Shown piece by piece: positions 7,750 to 13,168 of a stretch of 13,168 nucleotides of DNA. Numbering within the stretch: position 1 is the first letter of the stretch; every line of letters begins with the position of its first letter. The translations under genes and the position numbers were made by a program. The DNA is from Pseudomonadota bacterium (GTDB lineage: Bacteria > Bdellovibrionota_G > JALEGL01 > DATDPG01). The stretch covers positions 1 through 13,168 of the forward strand of contig JAZDIZ010000053.1 of the NCBI GenBank assembly GCA_043804515.1, in the 5' to 3' direction. The notes under the pieces are model-generated. The model made no database searches, was not told the origin of the DNA, and was given only the letters and a program-made list of their open reading frames with translations.

Positions 7750-10537
7750 GGGACTCTCGCTCGTGTTGTTGCTGCTTTCGCTCGCCGCGGCTCCTGTCCA
7801 AGCGGATTCCTTCGAAGGCCGCAAGATCGCGCGGATCGAAGTGAAGAGTTCGGACAGCACTCAGATCCAATCCTTGGAGGAGTTCTTTCGGGCCGAGATC
7901 GGAGATGTTTTCTCAGCCGATCGGGTCACGAAAGCGATTCGCAAGGTCTATGCCGGGCGTTCGATTTATCAGGTGCGGGCCACGGAAACAGATGCGGGCG
8001 ATCAGGTGGTCGTTACGATCGACGTGGATTCCAAGCCCACGGTGGAAGCCATCGAGTTCCGGGAAAACGCCTCCATTCCGACGGCCGAGCTTGAGGGGCA
8101 CATCGGCGTCACGGTGGGGGACTCGGTAACGCCGGAAACGCTCGCGGAGTGTCAAAAACGGCTTACCGAATACTACACATTCCGGGGTTTTACGGCCTCC
8201 AAGGTGAACGTGAGTTCCGAAAAGGCGGAAGGAAGCAAGATCCGGATTCTGGCGAGAATCGAAGAGGGAACGCCTTGCACGATCGAGTCGGTCCAATTGA
8301 ACCTGACGAAGCCCGTGATGAAGCCGGGGGAGGCGCTCGCGCTGATGGGGATTTCGAAAGGAGGCCGGTGTGACGGCGAGGAAATCCGGAGCGGCGTGCG
8401 CCACCTGGAGCAGACCTTGCGCAAGAGCGGCCGCCTGGCCGTCTCCTATCAAGATCCGGTGGTGGAGTATTCGGAGGACCGGAAACGGGCCCGTATTACG
8501 GCTGAAGTAAATCCCGGTTCGGTAATCCGCGTCGTTTTCCGCGGGAACACGTTCGCGTTTGAACGCAACGCGGTGCTTGAAAAAACGGTGGCTCTCGAGG
8601 AGGAACGGCAGTTCAGCCGCGGCTGGATCGAAGGAACGGCTATCGATGGGATCCAAACCTTCTACCGCGGAAGAGGTTACCCCGACGTCAAGGTGGCCGT
8701 GGACGACGCTATCGACGAGTCCGCGGATGTCCGGACGATCACATTCCGGATCGACCGGGGAACGAAGATGTGGTTGGGAGGAGTTTATTTCAAAGGGGAT
8801 CACGCATTGGGCTTGAGTGATCTCCGCGGCGCCTTTTTTGATTCCGCGGCCCAAAGCATTCGAGAAGGAGCCTTTGTCCAGATGGACCTGGATTCAGGCG
8901 CCCAAGGCGTGATCGCTCTCTACCAATCCAAGGGATATTTGCGGGCCGATATCTCCCAACCGCAGATTCGGACCGACGCAAAAAAACGGAAAGCCTACGT
9001 AACGTATGAGGTCCGTGAGGGGGAACAGACGATTCTTTCGGAATATCGGATCCTGGGGAATCAGCTGTTCGACAACGCGGCGATCCAGGACTGGATGAAG
9101 CTCCGGCCCGGCCAGCCTATGGATCCCGTCGCGCTCGAGAAGGCGGCGGGCCGGATCGAGGAACGCTACCACGAGAAAGGATACAAATTCGCATCCGTCT
9201 CGGTTCCCAAGATCGGCCAGCTCCCCGCGGGTCCGGCCGCGTACCAGATCGACGTTCACGAGGGGAGCGTCGTGGAATTCGGCCAGGTGATGATCCGAGG
9301 GAACCTGCACACGAACGACTCGGTCATCCGGCGCGTGGTCAAGGTCCGGGAAGGCGAGCGTTACAGCCCCGAGGCCATCCGGGAGACGCGGCGGCGGATC
9401 TCCGAACTCGGATTTTTCACGCAGCTTGCCATCGAGGAAGTCAATTACGACCCTTCCACCGGCAGGGAGGACGTGGTGATCACGGTGGAGGAGAGAAAGA
9501 AGCGCTCGGTTCGCTTACGCCCGGGCTATTCCACGGAAAAAGGGGTCCGGATGGCCGCGGATCTCACGTATCTCAATATCGCGGGAACCGGGAGGTCCGC
9601 CACTGTCACCACCGAAGTCAGCCGCCGGGTCCCGGAGGCGGACCTCACGGAGTACAAGGTCATCGGAACATTCCTGGAACCGTCCGTTTTCAATATCGCC
9701 ACGGGTCGGGTGAACGTGATCCAGGAACGTCAGGAGGAGCAGCAGTTCGACATCGACCGGACAAGTTTGATTTTGGGGCTGGACCGGGAATGGCTGCGCT
9801 GGCTCAGAAGCACGCTCCAATGGGAGCTGGAATTCCGGAACCCGTTCAACGTTCAGACAGGCGCGACTCTTTCTCCTTTCGACGAAGCGTCAGCTCGGTT
9901 CGGATCCATCGCCTCGATCGTGGACTTCGATTTTCGAAACGACGTCCTAAACCCGATCAGGGGAAGCTTCCATCGCATCCGATTCGACATCTTCAACAAA
10001 TCGCTCGCTTCCCAGGTGGCGTTCTGGCAGGTTTTTTCCCGAAACACGTTCTACGCCCCGATTTACCGGAGGATCCGCGTCGTGACGGCCGTGAGGGTCG
10101 GGTTCGCCTCTACCTACGGGAGCACGAAGAGCCAGGGGATCATGGAAGTCCCGATCGAAAAACGGTTCCGCCTGGGGGGGGCCACTTCGCTGCGCGGTTT
10201 TTCACGGAACTGCGTGGGAGGAGTGGGTGAGGGAGCGCCGGAAGATTGCTCGGCTTCCACGTTCGACCAGGCCCCCGGCGGGAACAGCATGTTCAACTAT
10301 CAGACGGACCTGCTCCTTCCCCTCTCGGAATCGTTCGATTTCGCGCTGTTCACCGACGGCGGGGAGGCGTTTCCCCTCAATTCCGATTTCAGCTTTGTCA
10401 ACATCCGAACGTCGGCGGGCGTGGGCCTTCGGTACAACGGGTTCTTCGGTCCGGTACGGCTCGATCTTGGGTTCAAGCTGGACCGGCGGCCGGGAGAGAG
10501 CCTGACCGAAGTGAGCTTCTCGATCGGGCAGTTCTAA
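7739..10537 (+). CDS. Omp85-family outer-membrane assembly protein (BamA/TamA-like) with ~7 POTRA domains
   Basis: Signal peptide (..KGLSLVLLLLSLAAAPVQA|D), repeated POTRA motifs (I.F.GN...Y...GY...V...I.EG), barrel with loop-6 SLRGF, GVGLRYNGFFGPVRLDLG and a C-terminal Phe (FSIGQF). Preferred start is TTG 7739 with GGAG at 7728-7731, overlapping the tamB stop; ATG 7712 is the alternative. Confidence 0.92.
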   Translation: MTFKGLSLVLLLLSLAAAPVQADSFEGRKIARIEVKSSDSTQIQSLEEFFRAEIGDVFSADRVTKAIRKVYAGRSIYQVRATETDAGDQVVVTIDVDSKPTVEAIEFRENASIPTAELEGHIGVTVGDSVTPETLAECQKRLTEYYTFRGFTASKVNVSSEKAEGSKIRILARIEEGTPCTIESVQLNLTKPVMKPGEALALMGISKGGRCDGEEIRSGVRHLEQTLRKSGRLAVSYQDPVVEYSEDRKRARITAEVNPGSVIRVVFRGNTFAFERNAVLEKTVALEEERQFSRGWIEGTAIDGIQTFYRGRGYPDVKVAVDDAIDESADVRTITFRIDRGTKMWLGGVYFKGDHALGLSDLRGAFFDSAAQSIREGAFVQMDLDSGAQGVIALYQSKGYLRADISQPQIRTDAKKRKAYVTYEVREGEQTILSEYRILGNQLFDNAAIQDWMKLRPGQPMDPVALEKAAGRIEERYHEKGYKFASVSVPKIGQLPAGPAAYQIDVHEGSVVEFGQVMIRGNLHTNDSVIRRVVKVREGERYSPEAIRETRRRISELGFFTQLAIEEVNYDPSTGREDVVITVEERKKRSVRLRPGYSTEKGVRMAADLTYLNIAGTGRSATVTTEVSRRVPEADLTEYKVIGTFLEPSVFNIATGRVNVIQERQEEQQFDIDRTSLILGLDREWLRWLRSTLQWELEFRNPFNVQTGATLSPFDEASARFGSIASIVDFDFRNDVLNPIRGSFHRIRFDIFNKSLASQVAFWQVFSRNTFYAPIYRRIRVVTAVRVGFASTYGSTKSQGIMEVPIEKRFRLGGATSLRGFSRNCVGGVGEGAPEDCSASTFDQAPGGNSMFNYQTDLLLPLSESFDFALFTDGGEAFPLNSDFSFVNIRTSAGVGLRYNGFFGPVRLDLGFKLDRRPGESLTEVSFSIGQF

Positions 10538-10546
10538 ACGCGCCGC

Positions 10547-11527
10547 TTATTTCACGTTGTGCACAAGAACCCGTTGGTCGAGTGAGGGGCCCACGTAGTA
10601 GGTGAATGTGTCGGGTACGAACAGGTTGTACACGGAGGTGCCGCCCCGATGCTTATTGGCCCAAGCACCCCACGAACCCGGCTTCGGGGGGACCGTCGAT
10701 CGTCTCGACTTCACGGCGGCTCCCGCCGCGGCTTCGCCGGGATAGAGATGCATTCCCCGCTGGAGCCCGCCCGCTCTTAACCATCCCCAGGTGCTCGGGT
10801 CCGACGGATCTTGAAAGGTTGGGTTCACATAGAAGCGATGGATGGTTCTTGCTTTCAACGTGAAGGGTTTGGCGCCGTTACTCATTTCCACTTCCAGGAC
10901 GGCGAACTTCTCCCCCTTCCATTGGTAGATTATTCCGCTTGAATGGCCTTCGGCGCGGGCCCAACAGTCCCTGTGATAACGAGGGTCGGGAAGAACGGCC
11001 AGTGTGGATGAGAGCACCAGGTAGTCCTTGTAGATGTCCTCGATGAAAGCCGTGCCTACGGCGAACTTCTCGCGTGGATCCCCGGCTTCTCCAATTTCCC
11101 AAGGGACCTTGGTGGTTTGCAGCATATGGTCTCTCGCAGCCCCATCCAGCGTGAGGACCACCGTTTCCTTAGCGAAACAACCCCCATCCCCCCCATGCAT
11201 CGGTTGTATTCTATGAAAATAGAAATCGTGGGGACGTTCGAAAGCCGAAGGCTGGTTTCTCTGCAGGACATCTACGGGCGGGTGGACATCGAGGTTGAGA
11301 CTATCCGCCTTTGCGCGTTCACTCTTGGGCAGCTTTTCACGAAACAGGTTCACCTGCTCCTGCGACCAGCGGGCGATGACCTCGGTGCAGACAGGAAAGC
11401 CCGCGAAGAGTCTGTAATCCGAGTCTCCGCTTTCTGCCTCTGTGACGGCCTTTGCGGAGGGGCATAGGAATCCCACGGCGAACGCGAAAGCCAGGATGTT
11501 TTTCAAAGTCTTGGCACTTAGGATCAT
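10547..11527 (-). CDS. Secreted protein with C-terminal Hint (bacterial intein-like / PT-HINT-like) domain (326 aa)
   Basis: Shine-Dalgarno GGAGGT at 11538-11533. Sec signal peptide ending AKA|V. Hint motifs: GG|CFAKETVVLTLDG (Cys117), IEDI...VLS, HRFYV (His230), WLRAGGLQRG, VYNLFV...TYYVG, VLVHN (Asn324), followed only by VK. Confidence 0.85.
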   Translation of the reverse strand: MILSAKTLKNILAFAFAVGFLCPSAKAVTEAESGDSDYRLFAGFPVCTEVIARWSQEQVNLFREKLPKSERAKADSLNLDVHPPVDVLQRNQPSAFERPHDFYFHRIQPMHGGDGGCFAKETVVLTLDGAARDHMLQTTKVPWEIGEAGDPREKFAVGTAFIEDIYKDYLVLSSTLAVLPDPRYHRDCWARAEGHSSGIIYQWKGEKFAVLEVEMSNGAKPFTLKARTIHRFYVNPTFQDPSDPSTWGWLRAGGLQRGMHLYPGEAAAGAAVKSRRSTVPPKPGSWGAWANKHRGGTSVYNLFVPDTFTYYVGPSLDQRVLVHNVK

Positions 11528-11548
11528 GATCCACCTCCGAAAGGACGC

Positions 11549-11578
11549 TTCCTAGCACGCCGCGTCATCTGGGGTCAA
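11549..11578 (-). promoter_or_regulatory. Possible proximal promoter of the Hint gene (TTGACC-18-TAGGAA, preceded by TG)
   Basis: Good -35 match (11578-11573) and an extended -10-like TGcTAGGAA lacking the last T, about 20 nt upstream of the ATG. Motif match only. Confidence 0.3.
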
Positions 11579-11633
11579 GACCGCCAGGGGAAAGGGGGAA
11601 CGAAGGTCGAAATTACAGGCTTCGGGAACTTCC

Positions 11634-11655
11634 CGGGAAACGGGCGGGAAACGGG
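11634..11655 (+). repeat. 11-bp tandem direct repeat CGGGAAACGGG x2 next to the IS insertion site
   Basis: Copies at 11634-11644 and 11645-11655. Confidence 0.75.
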
Positions 11656-11662
11656 GACGACT

Positions 11663-11675
11663 ATGAAGTGGCCGG
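11663..11675. repeat. Right sub-terminal inverted repeat of the IS1111-group element
   Basis: ATGAAGTGGCCGG, the exact reverse complement of 13032-13044. Confidence 0.9.
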
Positions 11676-11685
11676 TCGGTCAAGG

Positions 11686-11934
11686 GCAGGGATATTCCTG
11701 CATGGACGTCGCGTTGGGCGACGTCCATCTCTAAAGCCTTGATCTCGAATCGAATCCCGAGGTGTCTCAAACGACTATTCGCGCTCTTTAAGGCGCAGGA
11801 GGGGAAGTACGTGCGTGGAGTCGCAATCGGAGGCACGCGATCGAGGAGGAAAAGTCCTCCCGTCGCCACCGTCCCCGGCGCGATCTCCACCCCTGGACCG
11901 ACGGGACTCGATTCACCCCCAAAGAAGGAAACCC
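11686..11934 (-). ncRNA. Putative bridge/seek RNA in the downstream non-coding region of the IS
   Basis: Nested stems GTGGAG/CTCCAC (11890-11885 with 11820-11815) and GGAGGA-cttt-TCCTCC (11860-11845) enclose an internal loop matching the flanks. A second GCGC/GCGC stem is flanked by matches to the IS ends. Perfect 11-bp hairpin at 11702-11728. This is the location known for IS1111-group guide RNAs; transcript ends are unknown. Confidence 0.7.
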
Positions 11935-12957
11935 TTACTTCGGTCCGGACAACGGGGCCTCGGCAGCTCGTAAAGGCTGATACACCGTTTGGTCCCGCCA
12001 GATCGCAAACAGAATCCCGACCATTTTGCGAGCCAGGGCCACAACGGCAATCCGTTTTCCTCTCCGCTTCTCGATCCCTTTGGCCCATAGGACCATCGGA
12101 TCGTGGGATCGGAACGTCATGGCATTCCAGGCGGCTTCGACCATCATCCATCGAAGGGCGCCAGGTCCCGCTTTGGTAATCGACGTCCTTCGTTGCGTCT
12201 CGGAGCTCGAATCCTCTCCCGGCGTTAAGCCCACGTACGATTGAAGCCCGTGGGCATATGAAAACCGATCGAGCTGATCGACCGTGGCAAAGAAACGGAG
12301 CGCCGTTAAAACCCCAACCCCAGGCACGCTCATCAGTCGCTGAACGACTTCGTTCTCTTCGGCCAACGCCTTCAAGTTGTCGGATCCTTTTTGAATCTGC
12401 CCGTTCAAGGCCTCGATCGTCTCGAGTTGAACCTCCACATAGCCGGGCATCGGATCCACCGCCTGACGCACTCTCTTCGAAAAGGTTCGGCAGGTGCTGC
12501 CGTGAGGCCGAACCAACTGCGTCCGCAGCCACCCCCGCACGCTGTTGATCAGCATGGTTCGACAGGCGACCAACCGATCCCGCATCCCCAGCCTCGTCTG
12601 AAGCTCCCGGGAAGCTTCGGATCGAAGATGAACCGAGGGAAGATCGATCCGACACGACACCTCGCTCAATACCTGCGCATCTCTTCGATCCGTCTTCAAC
12701 CGACGGCTTCCCACCCCCAACGACCGAACCAACGTCGCTGGAACCACCCGAACCTCGTGCGAGGCCAAAAGCGCGGCATCCGCGACCGCCAGCGATTCCG
12801 CGCAGGTCTCCATGACCACCCGACTGCGCTCGGCCCTCTGAAGATACCGCCCCAGAGACCTCGTCTCGATCCGTTCCTCTCGGAGCACTTCTCCCTGCCC
12901 GTTTCGAACACACACCTGGGAGTTGCGCCCACCCAAATCTATCGCTATATGATTCAT
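11935..12957 (-). CDS. IS110-family transposase/recombinase (DEDD RuvC-like domain + Transposase_20 domain), 340 aa
   Basis: IAIDLG (D7), VVME (E50), KTDRRDA (D90, D93), LMSVPGVG, YVGLTPGEDSSS (candidate catalytic Ser251), ITKAG...LR...VEAA, AVVALARK. RBS GAAAGGA upstream. No stops or frameshifts. Confidence 0.96.
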   Translation of the reverse strand: MNHIAIDLGGRNSQVCVRNGQGEVLREERIETRSLGRYLQRAERSRVVMETCAESLAVADAALLASHEVRVVPATLVRSLGVGSRRLKTDRRDAQVLSEVSCRIDLPSVHLRSEASRELQTRLGMRDRLVACRTMLINSVRGWLRTQLVRPHGSTCRTFSKRVRQAVDPMPGYVEVQLETIEALNGQIQKGSDNLKALAEENEVVQRLMSVPGVGVLTALRFFATVDQLDRFSYAHGLQSYVGLTPGEDSSSETQRRTSITKAGPGALRWMMVEAAWNAMTFRSHDPMVLWAKGIEKRRGKRIAVVALARKMVGILFAIWRDQTVYQPLRAAEAPLSGPK

Positions 12958-13031
12958 GGCCGGTTTCCTTTCTGTGCCTTAAGAGCACGTGGATTTTTGC
13001 GAAGCCTACGGCTATCGCGGTGAAAGAGAAG

Positions 13032-13044
13032 CCGGCCACTTCAT
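13032..13044. repeat. Left sub-terminal inverted repeat of the IS1111-group element
   Basis: CCGGCCACTTCAT, 7 nt (CCCATCT) inside the inferred GA core at 13052-13053. Confidence 0.9.
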
Positions 13045-13126
13045 CCCATCTGAGGTCAGAGTTTCGGATTTCGCCCCAAGAATCGCAACGAGCGAATACA
13101 TCTTTTATATTAAATAGTTACGTCTG

Positions 13127-13155
13127 ATTATCTAAAGTCGATTCTTGACACTCAA
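13127..13155 (-). promoter_or_regulatory. Possible sigma70-type promoter (TTGAGT-17-GATAAT) in the AT-rich flank, pointing into the IS
   Basis: -35 at 13155-13150 and -10 at 13132-13127 with exact 17-nt spacing, in the most AT-rich stretch of the window. A plus-strand TTGACA at 13145-13150 may belong to a divergent promoter running off the window. Confidence 0.4.
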
Positions 13156-13168
13156 CGTCCCTGTTGAC

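Larger units (their letters stand above)
11659..13053 (-). mobile_element. IS110-family insertion sequence, IS1111 group (~1.39 kb)
   Basis: DEDD transposase; perfect 13-bp sub-terminal inverted repeats ATGAAGTGGCCGG (11663-11675) / CCGGCCACTTCAT (13032-13044); short upstream and ~270-bp downstream non-coding regions; GA dinucleotide (TC on the element strand) at both inferred junctions (11659-11660, 13052-13053). Exact ends uncertain by 1-2 nt. Confidence 0.9.

Noticed and set aside
3838..8854. Antisense ORFs over tamB and omp85 (505, 313, 284, 230 aa and others)
   Set aside because: Antisense shadows with no recognisable domains or RBS support.
10538..10546. Terminator between the convergent omp85 and Hint genes
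   Set aside because: Only 9 bp separate the stop codons and no hairpin plus U-tract is evident.
10547..11527. Polymorphic toxin-immunity pair, or a true splicing intein
   Set aside because: Only two residues follow HN, the +1 residue is Val, no immunity ORF follows, and there is no host extein or endonuclease domain.
11462..11527. Lipoprotein signal at Cys22 of the Hint protein
   Set aside because: GFLC does not fit the lipobox consensus; an SPase I site (AKA|V) fits better.
11655..11683. Hybrid promoter from the IS outward -35 (TTGACC) driving the Hint gene
   Set aside because: The sequence 17 nt downstream in the flank is TCGTCC, with no usable -10.
11552..13039. 495-aa minus-strand ORF spanning the whole IS in another frame
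   Set aside because: Gly/Arg/Ser-rich with no motifs, overlaps the transposase and crosses the IS boundary; most likely a chance open frame.

Overview
GC-rich bacterial DNA from a diderm (Omp85/TamB present); the gene styles suggest a deltaproteobacterial/Bdellovibrionota/Myxococcota-like lineage, which is inference only. In order: (1) the 3' part of an oligopeptide/dipeptide ABC transporter operon (partial oppC, oppD, oppF, translationally coupled); (2) a 290-bp intergenic region between convergent genes containing a ~125-nt imperfect palindrome; (3) a minus-strand AAA_28/NadR-Ttd14-like P-loop NTPase; (4) tamB followed by an Omp85 (BamA/TamA-like) gene with about 7 POTRA domains; (5) a minus-strand secreted protein ending in a divergent Hint (intein-like) domain with no C-terminal toxin; (6) an apparently intact ~1.39-kb IS110-family, IS1111-group element. 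The element has 13-bp sub-terminal inverted repeats and a structured downstream non-coding region whose loops match both the flanking target DNA and the element's own ends, as expected for a bridge/seek RNA. The RNA-guided element and the Hint protein are the most interesting items. All family calls come from motifs read by eye; no database search was run.
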